Source: Candidatus Poribacteria bacterium (lineage in GTDB: Bacteria > Poribacteria > WGA-4E > UBA9662). From it: a stretch of 64,000 nt of DNA. The position numbers were made by a program, and so were the translations under genes. Of this stretch, positions 40,989 through 50,011 are shown piece after piece. The first letter of the stretch is position 1. Every line of letters begins with the position of its first letter. A model generated the notes under the pieces. That model worked only from the letters and a program-made list of their open reading frames with translations, was not told the origin of the DNA and ran no database searches. The stretch is taken from contig JAYGDX010000016.1 of assembly GCA_046582655.1 (NCBI GenBank), forward strand, positions 1 to 64,000. The letters are read 5' to 3'.

Positions 40989-42623
40989 ATGAATAAAAAA
41001 CACGCGCAGATGATGTTTGATTATCATCAAGCAACCAAACATAATTTTAACCGATTTGCCCGATCCTTAGGCTATCTGGACTGGGACAATCAGCCGAATC
41101 CTTTTCGCTTTTATGAGGAAACAAAAAGAATTCGTTTGCCTGGGGTTGTAGAGAACTCCTTTATACCTTACAATAAGTTATACCAATCCCAAAAAGAAAG
41201 CCATCCTTTTAATCTGAAAAGTCTGGGCAACTTTCTAGGGTTATCACTTGGTTTATCAGCTTGGAAATCCACCGGCCAAAGTTCATGGTCATTGCGTATC
41301 AACCCGTCAAGCGGTAATCTTCACCCGACGGAAGCTTACTTGGTAACGCCTTCAATCGATGATCTTGATGCGGGTGTCTATCATTATGTTTCTTATGATC
41401 ATTGTTTGGAATTAAGAGCACAAACGCCATTGACTGTATGGCAGGATTTGGATACTCACTTCGGGACTCAAGGCTTTTTAATTGGGTTAACCAGTATCTT
41501 CTGGCGAGAGTCATGGAAATACGGTGAGCGTGCGTTTCGTTACTGTAATCACGATGTTGGACACGCTTTGGCATGTCTCAGTTTCTCTGCCAATCTTCAG
41601 GGATGGAGATCAATTTACCTGAATACGCTGTCTGATCAACACATATCAGATTTACTGGGATTTCATCAGATAGAATGGTTGCCTAACGAAGAGGAACACA
41701 CCGATCTAGTTTGTTTCGTGGGCGTTACCAATTCCAGTAACGATATTCCACGAAGTATTCCTGGTTCAACTGTTCAAACTGTGGCTGAACTTGAATTCCA
41801 AGGGAGACCCAATCAGCTGAGTAAACAGCATATGAAATGGCATCTTATAGATGAGGTTGGGGAAAGCGCAAAAAAACCAGGGACACCGCCTAAAACTTAT
41901 ATGTATGATGTAAGTCCGCTTCGATTTCCTGATTCACTTCCGAACCTATCTGCCACGCAAATTATTCAGCAACGGCGAAGTGCGGTAGATATGGACGGCG
42001 TCACTTCTATATCTATGGATCAATTCTTTTGTATGTTGGATAAGACCTTGCCTAGATGCCGCCATTCGCCTTTCAATGTTGAACTGGGGGATCCGAATGT
42101 ACATTTAATGTTATTTGTTCATCGGGTTGATGGAATAGTACCTGGGGTTTACTTTTTTGTTCGCAACCATAGAGACTTATCTGAACTCAGGGCTTTATGT
42201 AAGCCCGATTTTCTCTGGAAGCCGTTAGATAATACGTTCCCATTATTTCTCTTAAAGGAAGTTGATTGCCGGCGTGAAGCCGTATTGGTTAGTTGTCAGC
42301 AGAATATTGCTGGGGATAGCGCTTTCTCTTTAGGGATGATTGCCCGATTCAAGGACACAATTCAGAACTCTCCCTATTTGTATCGTCACCTGTTTTGGGA
42401 AACAGGACAGATAGGCCAAGTGCTCTATCTAGAGGCAGAAGCTCATGGTATTCGTTCTACCGGAATTGGCTGCTTCTTTGATGATCCAGTTCATGATATG
42501 TTAGGATTATCAGATAGCTCCTACCAATCCTTATACCACTTTACTGTTGGTGGAGCGACCGAAGATGAGCGTCTGACTATGCTGTCTCCTTATTACCATT
42601 TGGATTCGTCGCTCAAATCGTGA
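40989..42623 (+). CDS. SagB/ThcOx-family nitroreductase-fold dehydrogenase (two domains)
   Basis: YHQATKH, LDWDNQP.PFR, RINPSSGNLHPTEAY, WKYGERAFRY, RRSA, TGIGCFFDD. Confidence 0.88.
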   Translation: MNKKHAQMMFDYHQATKHNFNRFARSLGYLDWDNQPNPFRFYEETKRIRLPGVVENSFIPYNKLYQSQKESHPFNLKSLGNFLGLSLGLSAWKSTGQSSWSLRINPSSGNLHPTEAYLVTPSIDDLDAGVYHYVSYDHCLELRAQTPLTVWQDLDTHFGTQGFLIGLTSIFWRESWKYGERAFRYCNHDVGHALACLSFSANLQGWRSIYLNTLSDQHISDLLGFHQIEWLPNEEEHTDLVCFVGVTNSSNDIPRSIPGSTVQTVAELEFQGRPNQLSKQHMKWHLIDEVGESAKKPGTPPKTYMYDVSPLRFPDSLPNLSATQIIQQRRSAVDMDGVTSISMDQFFCMLDKTLPRCRHSPFNVELGDPNVHLMLFVHRVDGIVPGVYFFVRNHRDLSELRALCKPDFLWKPLDNTFPLFLLKEVDCRREAVLVSCQQNIAGDSAFSLGMIARFKDTIQNSPYLYRHLFWETGQIGQVLYLEAEAHGIRSTGIGCFFDDPVHDMLGLSDSSYQSLYHFTVGGATEDERLTMLSPYYHLDSSLKS

Positions 42624-42678
42624 TATCAGATGAATCATCCGAGTATTTTGAGCTTAGGGTGAAATTACCTTTAAGTCT

Positions 42679-43545
42679 TTGACCAGTAATTGGAAAATAA
42701 ATGTGGGTTTTTCTTTTAAATCGTTGACGATTATTGGTTTGTTATTATTACAGGTTATGTTTCTTTCTTCCTTCACCGACTGCAGCAAGATTCCGACTGC
42801 GGTTGGAGCTGCTTCCACTGCCCTAAAATCGGTGCCCGTGTATACCTATAAAATCATGAATACTTATGTTCATGATCACCGAGGTTTTACCCAGGGATTG
42901 GTGTTTGAAGATGGTTTTCTATACGAAGGAACGGGACTGCATGCTCAATCTTCGCTACGGCGTGTGGCGCTAGAAACCGGTGAAATTTTGCAACTTCACC
43001 GACTGCCATCTCATTTCTTTGGTGAAGGAATAACAGTTTATCAGGATAAAATCATTCAACTGACGTGGAAATCCAACACTGGTTTTGTTTATCGCAAAGA
43101 CAATTTTGAGATGTTGCGAGAATTTAACTATTCAACCGAAGGATGGGGGATAACCCATGATGGTCAGCAACTGATTATGAGTGATGGAACATCAACACTT
43201 TACTTTCTCAATCCAGAAACGTTCGAGGAAGTAAGGCTAATCAAGGTTTATGACAGTAACGGACCAGTAAAACATTTGAATGAACTGGAATATGTTGAGA
43301 AGCAGATCTATGCTAACGTTTGGCAGAGCAACCGGATTGCCAAAATTGATCCCCAAACCGGACAGGTTGTGGGTTGGATAGATTTAACTGGATTACTGAA
43401 GCTCGAAGATTATCGTCTACCAGTCGACGTTCTGAACGGTATTGCCTATGATCAGACAAAGAAACGACTCTTCGTTACCGGAAAGTTGTGGCCCAAACTT
43501 TTCGAGATCCAACTGATTCCGGTTCCAGAATCAAAGAAGCCATAG
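42679..43545 (+). CDS. Glutaminyl-peptide cyclotransferase (beta-propeller type)
   Basis: FTQGL, EGTG, FGEGIT, QLTWK, EGWGIT, SDG, LNELE, ANVW, VLNGIAYD, TGKLWP. Confidence 0.93.
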   Translation: MTSNWKINVGFSFKSLTIIGLLLLQVMFLSSFTDCSKIPTAVGAASTALKSVPVYTYKIMNTYVHDHRGFTQGLVFEDGFLYEGTGLHAQSSLRRVALETGEILQLHRLPSHFFGEGITVYQDKIIQLTWKSNTGFVYRKDNFEMLREFNYSTEGWGITHDGQQLIMSDGTSTLYFLNPETFEEVRLIKVYDSNGPVKHLNELEYVEKQIYANVWQSNRIAKIDPQTGQVVGWIDLTGLLKLEDYRLPVDVLNGIAYDQTKKRLFVTGKLWPKLFEIQLIPVPESKKP

Positions 43546-43562
43546 AAATCGGATTTATAGGA

Positions 43563-44231
43563 TTATATCCACCCTTTGGCTTTGGCTTCTTGGTATCCTT
43601 TAGCCCGAAGTTGGCTGGCAGGATTATCCAGAGTACCATATCCCCACTCATTAAAATCGGTACGGTTGCCATTATAATCAGTATGTGTTTGGTGAATAAT
43701 AATTTCAAGGCAACCGAGATCCTTGGCCATCTTCCAGGTTTCAGCTTTGGTTAAATACATCAGCGGTATATGGATCTTGATCTCAGAGTCCAATGCCAAA
43801 CTCAGCGATTTCTCCATGGAATCGATAAAAACTCGACGTCAGTCAGGATAGCCAGAATAGTCGGTTTGGCAAACGCCCGTCACGATATTATTGATGCTCT
43901 TATTGTAATCGAAGCCAGCAGTGACACTCAAAAAAACAGCGTTGCGTCCAGCGGTAAAAGAAGATGGCAGGTCTGGATTAATAGTATGTTGTGCAGAGAT
44001 ATCCTGCTGGTAGTCAACCAGTGAGGAATTGGCGAAAACACCTTTTAGATCAATGACAGTATAACTGATACCTAGGTTGTGGCAAATTTCCTGTGCTACT
44101 TCCAGCTCAATCAGGTGCTTTTGCCCGTAATCAAAACCAATTGCTTCTACATGACTAAACTCTTTTAAAGCCCAGTATAAACAGGTTGTAGAGTCTTGTC
44201 CGCCGGACAGCATTACAGTTGCACTAGACAT
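43563..44231 (-). CDS. queC: 7-cyano-7-deazaguanine synthase QueC with in-frame TGA at 43839-43841 (possible Sec recoding, or a nonsense pseudogene)
   Basis: SGGQDSTTC, FDYGQKH, GRNAVFL, GVCQTDYSGYPD*RRVF, PLMYLTKAETW; the two ORF-track pieces are in the same frame and separated only by one TGA. Confidence 0.88.
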
Positions 44232-44295
44232 ATCAGTTTCTTTTCAATTTATTGCATTCCGATCAGATACAAATCAATCATGCAATAGAGTGGAT

Positions 44296-45252
44296 CTATT
44301 CACTATCGTACTTGCTTCGGTCAAAACTCTTACCATACCAACCAGGAAACGTTATATCCTTAGACATTTGCCAAGCAGTTAAATAAAGCTGTGCGGTAAA
44401 CTGGGTGGAGGAAACGGCCATATGTTTGACAAATTTAGCCACTTCTGGGGATAGAGTCGGATCCGCCTCATTTTCGGATGGGAATTGATCTGCTAACTCA
44501 TAAAGCCTTTCTACTTCGGAATGCTTAGTTTGAACAATCGCTAAAACACCTTTTCTCAGATCATCCAGAGCCTGAATCTGCAAATCTTCTGTCAGTTGGT
44601 CGGAGGTAAAGCCCACATGCTCAATAATTGCGTCGACTTGGTAATGTATACCTTTGTGGGCTATTACTTCTCCATCTGCATTGACACGCCCATTATGGTG
44701 CAATGTGACATGCAGAGGCTGACAAACATCCTCACTGTAGTGTCCAAGCAACCCAGCATATACCAAGCATTTTTGTTGAATGTATGGGTTCTTTGGGTAC
44801 CTTCTGTACTCAGCAAAAGAGAGTGCTAACCGTTCAGTGGATTCAATGATTTCATAAGGTAAGAATCCCACCTTTTCCGGATCCAGTTTGAGCTGGTGAC
44901 AAAGGTTGATTAACCCATAACGCGTATCAGGCAAATTATTACCTTTGAGTAATTCAAGATCCAAATAGTGATCAGGATGTTGTGCGCTGCGAAGATGGGG
45001 GACATCCCGGTTGTTTGCAATGTCGGGATCTGCAGAGCAATGGGCGATCATAAAACCTGAACTTCTGAAAAAGTCAGGGACATCATCAGGTAGCGCGCGT
45101 ACGGCTGCCTTTGATAGGATGACATGACCGCCTGTCCACCATGCTGATGCAGAATCAACCATTAACATCAATAACAAAATTAACCAGACGGTAGTGCTTT
45201 TCTTTACTGCCATCATGTGGTTAAAGGGTGTCGATACGAGGATAAAATTCAT
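44296..45252 (-). CDS. Secreted S1/P1 nuclease / Zn-dependent phospholipase C fold protein
   Basis: Signal peptide followed by mature N-terminus W-W-T-G-G-H; DPD, HYLDLE, GHYSED..QPLH, IH. Confidence 0.8.
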   Translation of the reverse strand: MNFILVSTPFNHMMAVKKSTTVWLILLLMLMVDSASAWWTGGHVILSKAAVRALPDDVPDFFRSSGFMIAHCSADPDIANNRDVPHLRSAQHPDHYLDLELLKGNNLPDTRYGLINLCHQLKLDPEKVGFLPYEIIESTERLALSFAEYRRYPKNPYIQQKCLVYAGLLGHYSEDVCQPLHVTLHHNGRVNADGEVIAHKGIHYQVDAIIEHVGFTSDQLTEDLQIQALDDLRKGVLAIVQTKHSEVERLYELADQFPSENEADPTLSPEVAKFVKHMAVSSTQFTAQLYLTAWQMSKDITFPGWYGKSFDRSKYDSE

Positions 45253-45393
45253 TGATTTCCTTCTTTCTTTGGGTTAACTGGAGAGATCAAAAATCTAGCG
45301 GATAATGTTTTTAGGGTTTTTTGAAAAATTAAGAATATGTAAAATCAGATGGGTATTTCTCCTATTATAAATAGATGAACCGAATTTTGCAAT

Positions 45394-45582
45394 ACTGAGG
45401 AAGGTTTTGTATCAGATTGTTGCAAAGGAGTACTTGATGTCTCAAGCTGGCTGGAAAGGAAAGCAGGCATGATCTGCTGAGGAGCCTTGACTCAGACTGA
45501 ATACAATCACTTTGGGAGAGAGCAAGTTTGCCTGACTCGTTCTGCCAGTTGCGGCATGAGCGTAGAAGCCTTTTTTCTTGGT
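45394..45582 (+). ncRNA. Candidate structured RNA (long irregular hairpin)
   Basis: Nested complementary segments GAGGAAGGTTTT/GAAGCCTTTTTT, AGCTGGC/GCCAGTT, CAGGCA/TGCCTG, TGCT/AGCA; G-U pairs favour the + strand. Confidence 0.3.
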
Positions 45583-45729
45583 TAAATTTTTAACCTCTCA
45601 GTCCAGGATTTAAATTTAAAAAACCGTTTAGTTTTTGATTAATAATCTGTATGCCCGCTAGCGCTTCTCTGATTGTATCTAATAACTTTTTTCTTGCCTT
45701 ATGCCTCATGAATTTGGTTTCCTTGAATT

Positions 45730-46188
45730 TTAGGTTGATGGTAAAAGTATGAATAAATCAGTGAATCGTTTCCAAAATGATCGGCTGCTAAACTCTTCAA
45801 TCCTATGACGTGCTTCAGCTAATTTCTGGTTCAGCGAAGTCACACGCATCTCTCTTGATTCCAATAGCTTGTGTACTTGTTCCAGGTAATTATGGATTGT
45901 CCTAATTTGAGCGTTTTTTTCAGACAGTTGGTTGTCTTTTTTTTCAATTTGTTTCGTCAAGAATTGAAAAATTTTGTCGAACTCTCCATCTACTGAATTT
46001 GCGCGGTCAATTTCAGATTTCTTCATCATGGATGATTTATAATCTCCATTTGAATTCGTATCCATTTCTTTTCCTTCTTTTGAAGCTATGTCTTTGTTTT
46101 CATGCACCCAGAGACGAAGAATTGTATGTTCGCTGACCTTTAATTTTGCTGCTATCTGTGATATAGTCATTGTCTGTTCCTGTTCCAT
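45730..46188 (-). CDS. Helix-turn-helix protein with C-terminal coiled coil
   Basis: TISQIAAKLKVSEHTILR HTH; heptad region; SFWKRF tail. Confidence 0.65.
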   Translation of the reverse strand: MEQEQTMTISQIAAKLKVSEHTILRLWVHENKDIASKEGKEMDTNSNGDYKSSMMKKSEIDRANSVDGEFDKIFQFLTKQIEKKDNQLSEKNAQIRTIHNYLEQVHKLLESREMRVTSLNQKLAEARHRIEEFSSRSFWKRFTDLFILLPST

Positions 46189-46295
46189 GTCGAGGGTAAC
46201 GCTTAAAATGATGGACGAGTTACGGATAATCCACCTGACATGTCAAAAGTTGATGTATTCTCAAAATGAGTTGTTTGCAAAAAAGGATTTGAATA

Positions 46296-47489
46296 ATGGT
46301 CGAGCGTCCCAAAATCGCAGCTGTTGTCACAATCTATCACAAATATTCTCATGCCCAGCACATCGTTGATCGGTTCCTGGAAGGTTATGGTTGGGAAAGT
46401 CGGCATCACTATCCAGAGATGGATCTTGTTTCACTCTATGTCGATCAGGTTGGAGATAACGATCTAAGTCAGGAACGTGCTAAACGATTCCCATCGATGA
46501 AAATTTATCCGACGGTTGCTGAAGCCTTGACACTAGGAGGTGACTCGCTGGCTGTTGACGGGGTTTTGCTTATTGGTGAACATGGTGATTACCCAACTAA
46601 CGAAAAAGGCCAACGTCAATATCCCCGTTACGAGCTATTCAAACAAATCACCGACGTATATCATTCCAGTGGTAAATCCGCACCCATTTTTAATGATAAA
46701 CATCTATCCTGGAAATGGGAGTGGTGTCGAGAGATGTACGATCTTTCGCAACAGCTAAACTTTGCTTTCATGGCTGGATCGTCATTACCAGTAACTTGGA
46801 GAACACCATCGCTTGATATGCCATTGGGGGCAGAGATCGAAGAAGCAGTATGTGTGGCTTATGGTGGTGTTGATGGGTATGATATTCACGCACTTGAAAC
46901 AATTCAGTGTATGGTCGAGCGACGATACGGTGGTGAATCTGGTGTGGAATGGTTGCAGGCCTATCGAGGTGATAAATTTTGGGAAGCCCATCACCAGGGT
47001 GTTTGGTCGGTTGAGCTTTTCGAGTCCGCACTGTCCCGCAGCCACACATTAAAACCGGCACGAGCTGGATTCAATAACGTCTTTCCTACACTTCACGAAC
47101 TTAAAGAGATTGTGAAGGATCCAATGGCGTATCATTATCAGCATGTCGACGGATTGAAGTGCAGTATGGTAATGATGAACGGATTGGTGGATGATTTTAA
47201 CTTTGCGGCTAAACTCAAAGGGCAGTCTAAAACACTGTCTACACAGATGTATTTGCCTATGCCGCCAGCCCGCACGACGTTAGCAAACTTTTTCACCCCT
47301 CAGGTCAATAATGTTGAAAAGATGTTTCTGAGTGGCAACCCAACCTATCCTGTTGAACGAACTTTATTAACCAGTGGACTGGTAATTGCGGGTGTTGAAA
47401 GTTTGGATCAAGATCAATCTCGACAGGATACGCTAAATCTGGCGATTTCTTATCAACCGACATCTGAATCTACTTTCTGGAGAACTTAA
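46296..47489 (+). CDS. Conserved hypothetical protein (Gfo/Idh/MocA-like fold suspected), paralog A
   Basis: SHAQH, LAVDGVLLIGEHGDYP, FNDKHLS, AGSSLPVTWR, HALE, ERTLL. Confidence 0.8.
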   Translation: MVERPKIAAVVTIYHKYSHAQHIVDRFLEGYGWESRHHYPEMDLVSLYVDQVGDNDLSQERAKRFPSMKIYPTVAEALTLGGDSLAVDGVLLIGEHGDYPTNEKGQRQYPRYELFKQITDVYHSSGKSAPIFNDKHLSWKWEWCREMYDLSQQLNFAFMAGSSLPVTWRTPSLDMPLGAEIEEAVCVAYGGVDGYDIHALETIQCMVERRYGGESGVEWLQAYRGDKFWEAHHQGVWSVELFESALSRSHTLKPARAGFNNVFPTLHELKEIVKDPMAYHYQHVDGLKCSMVMMNGLVDDFNFAAKLKGQSKTLSTQMYLPMPPARTTLANFFTPQVNNVEKMFLSGNPTYPVERTLLTSGLVIAGVESLDQDQSRQDTLNLAISYQPTSESTFWRT

Positions 47490-47497
47490 ACGGAGAC

Positions 47498-48697
47498 ATG
47501 AAAATGGCATCTCGAAATCGACCAAAACGCATTGCCGTGATCGCAACAGTCTACACCTACCTTTCTCACGCACAACATTTTGCTGATCGTTTTATGGTTG
47601 GCTACCCTTATGAAGGCCGATGGCACACGCCAAACGTTGAAGTGGCATCGTTATATGTTGAACAGAAACCGGAAGGAGATCAAAGCGCGGACCGGGCTCA
47701 GGAATTCAATTTTGAGGTTTATCCAACCATTGCTGAAGCGTTACGTTGTGGTGGAGATAAATTAGCTGTTGACGGCGTCCTAATTATTGGTGAACACGGG
47801 AATTATCCCAAAAACGAATTGGATCAAATTCTGTACCCGCGTTATGAGTTTTTTAAAGCCTGTGTCTCGGTGTTTGAAAGTGATGGCTTCGCGGTCCCGA
47901 TCTATAACGACAAACATTTGTCATACAGCTTTGAAAAGGCCAAAGAGATGGTTGAGAATGGTCATCGGTTAGACTTTCCCATTTTAGCCGGCTCTTCTCT
48001 TCCTGTGACTTGGCGTTTACCAGATCTTGAACTGCCGATTGATTGTCAACTGGAAGATGCATTAATGGTTGGAGTGGGTGGTTCAGACGCCATGGACTAT
48101 CACGCGCTGGAAGCCATGCAGTGCATGATAGAACGACGAGAAGGTGGTGAGTCTGGTGTTAAAGCCGTTCAGCTGATTGAAGGCGATGCTGTTTGGGAGG
48201 CAGGCAAAAATGGACAATGGTCGATGGAATTACTCGAAGCTGCACTGTCCCGTAGCGACACCCCTTGTGGATTAACAGATGAAGATGGGCGTACACAAGA
48301 TTTGATTGGCACTGGTGAATTGTATAAGCTTGTCAAAGATCCAGCAGCTTATTTAGTTGAACATAATGATGGATTCAAAAGCACTCTCTTGATGATCAAT
48401 GGTGCTATTCGCGATTATTGTTTTGCCGGAAAAATAACTGGAGAAACGAATCCTGTGTCGAACCAATTTTTCCTGACACCAACGCCAAACGTAACTTATT
48501 CGGCTTGCTTAGTTGCCAAGATTGAGGAGATGTTTGTAACCGGTAAGGCACCTTTCCCCGCTGAACGAACACTGATTGTCTGCGGGACATTGGAAAGCTG
48601 CCTGCAGTCACGTCATCAAAACCATCAGCGATTGGAAACCCCTCATCTACAGGTACAATATCGAGCTCCTACCGAGTCGCATCATGCTCGAGCGTAG
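47498..48697 (+). CDS. Conserved hypothetical protein, paralog B of the upstream gene
   Basis: Shares SHAQH, LAVDGVLIIGEHGNYP, NDKHLS, AGSSLPVTWR, HALE, ERTL with 46296..47489. Confidence 0.8.
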   Translation: MKMASRNRPKRIAVIATVYTYLSHAQHFADRFMVGYPYEGRWHTPNVEVASLYVEQKPEGDQSADRAQEFNFEVYPTIAEALRCGGDKLAVDGVLIIGEHGNYPKNELDQILYPRYEFFKACVSVFESDGFAVPIYNDKHLSYSFEKAKEMVENGHRLDFPILAGSSLPVTWRLPDLELPIDCQLEDALMVGVGGSDAMDYHALEAMQCMIERREGGESGVKAVQLIEGDAVWEAGKNGQWSMELLEAALSRSDTPCGLTDEDGRTQDLIGTGELYKLVKDPAAYLVEHNDGFKSTLLMINGAIRDYCFAGKITGETNPVSNQFFLTPTPNVTYSACLVAKIEEMFVTGKAPFPAERTLIVCGTLESCLQSRHQNHQRLETPHLQVQYRAPTESHHARA

Positions 48698-48872
48698 AGT
48701 GTTCATACGCAAATGAAATTGAATTAAAAAATTTTGCCTCATATATGGTGCCACATGAACTCTTTATACTCGAACTGACGAGACTAAGCAGTAGAGCTAA
48801 ACCTCAAGTATTACTGAGGTAAGAGTTCTATCTCACCTAACCAGTCATTAATTTCTGTATAGGCTTTGGTGT

Positions 48873-48980
48873 TTAGAAGCTATTTGAAAGAAATTAGAGA
48901 CGTTTGAGTATCAGTTGAATCATAGCAATATAGATCATGTTTTCGCAATGTCGACTTGTGCCTTTGTAATCCAAACTCAA
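48873..48980 (-). mobile_element. IS5-family (IS1031-like) transposase C-terminal remnant with right terminal repeat
   Basis: Minus strand encodes LSLDYKGTSRHCENMIYIAMIQLILKRL* (compare the family-typical LSKDYE...SEAMIY.AMI.LML.RL), followed by a TIR-like GAAGCTATTTGAAA (+ strand 48876-48889) flanked by TTA. Confidence 0.65.
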
Positions 48981-49129
48981 TTCATATTTCTTTTTGGTTA
49001 CGGTGCCAAGTTCTTCCTTATTTAATTGAACAGCAACTGGTTTTTCTACATTTCTGTCTTCTTCAGCCTAAGCTGAACCCACCCAAACAAATTAGTTCAA
49101 TCAGTCAAGAAAATCCTTTTGTCTCTCCT

Positions 49130-49445
49130 CGTCAACTTGGTACAATGATAGTGGGTGTGATAGCCGCCAGATGGAGGTCTGTTGTTGATTAGCTGGTGGT
49201 AGAGGTCTAGCCGCTCGGTGCAGACAATGGTCGATCATTGGTCAAAGACACATCCAGCCTTAGTATCAAAGTCCAACGTCTCAAGATTTCCGGAGACCTG
49301 ACCACAGGTGGTAGTCAGTCCGTAAAGGTCTGCTGTTAGCCTGAAGCGCCTGTAATCAGCGTACCATGCGCTCAGCGCTGGCGCCCTTTTATTTTCACGG
49401 TTGACTGGTGTCGTGCTGAAAAGCCTGAGTTAACCAGTTGTAAGT
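49130..49445 (-). pseudogene. Decayed bifunctional DNA primase/polymerase (Prim-Pol) N-terminal domain
   Basis: Minus-strand fragments PVNRENKRAPALSAW, GLTTTCGQVSGNLETLDFD, PSGGYHTHYHC match Prim-Pol motifs; contains a stop and frameshifts. Confidence 0.65.
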
Positions 49446-50011
49446 GAGGTGCGGTACTTCGCCAACTGTCGAAGTTGGTTAGCTTACCGCATGCTCTATC
49501 TCGTCTTCGCTAATGACGGTTTTTGGTGGGGAAATCTCCCCACCATCCTCAAGCTCCTGTATAAAATTTTGAGATGGTCACCAATTTGGAGTTTCAATAA
49601 GGCGTGGGAAAATAAAACGGTTTGCCCGGGGCCGTATTTTTAAAAATATTGGTTTGGTATAGCAGTAGATATTGTAACGGGGCGATATTCGGGACAGTTA
49701 CTCGTGCATACGTCGGGGACTGTTTGCCAGCGAGAGGTATTCTCAACGTGGGGTTAGTACCACATCGAATCAGATTCGCAGCACAAGATGGATAGCTTCT
49801 CTGTTCTATATCCTAAGTTGAAATGCCACTTTCAAGCAGTTTCAGGTTTGATTCTTGATGATAGGGATTATCTGCTGGAACTGGATTATCCTCCTCCTTT
49901 TCCGTGTTACATTTTATTATTTATAAATTTTTTGCTGGTCGGGATGATCAATGCCGAATGATGGGTTGGTTGGTGACAGTGAACCCTGGACGCTAAAACT
50001 TGCATGGTGGT

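Noticed and set aside
40989..43545. SagB-like dehydrogenase next to glutaminyl cyclase as a RiPP biosynthetic cluster
   Set aside because: No YcaO/cyclodehydratase, precursor peptide or exporter nearby; both families commonly occur as stand-alone genes
43563..45252. QueC + nuclease as a QatABCD/Dpd-type anti-phage or DNA-modification system
   Set aside because: QueC is the short tRNA-pathway type, the neighbour is a secreted S1/P1-like enzyme, and no dpdA, TatD or ATPase partner is present
45440..45470. SRP RNA-like GGAA..AGCAG motif
   Set aside because: Does not reproduce the CAGG-n-CC-GGAA-GG-n-AGCAG helix 8 geometry
49780..49890. Fragment LILDDRDYLLEL resembling a REP-associated tyrosine transposase
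   Set aside because: Too short and lacks the HUH and NP motifs; may be chance
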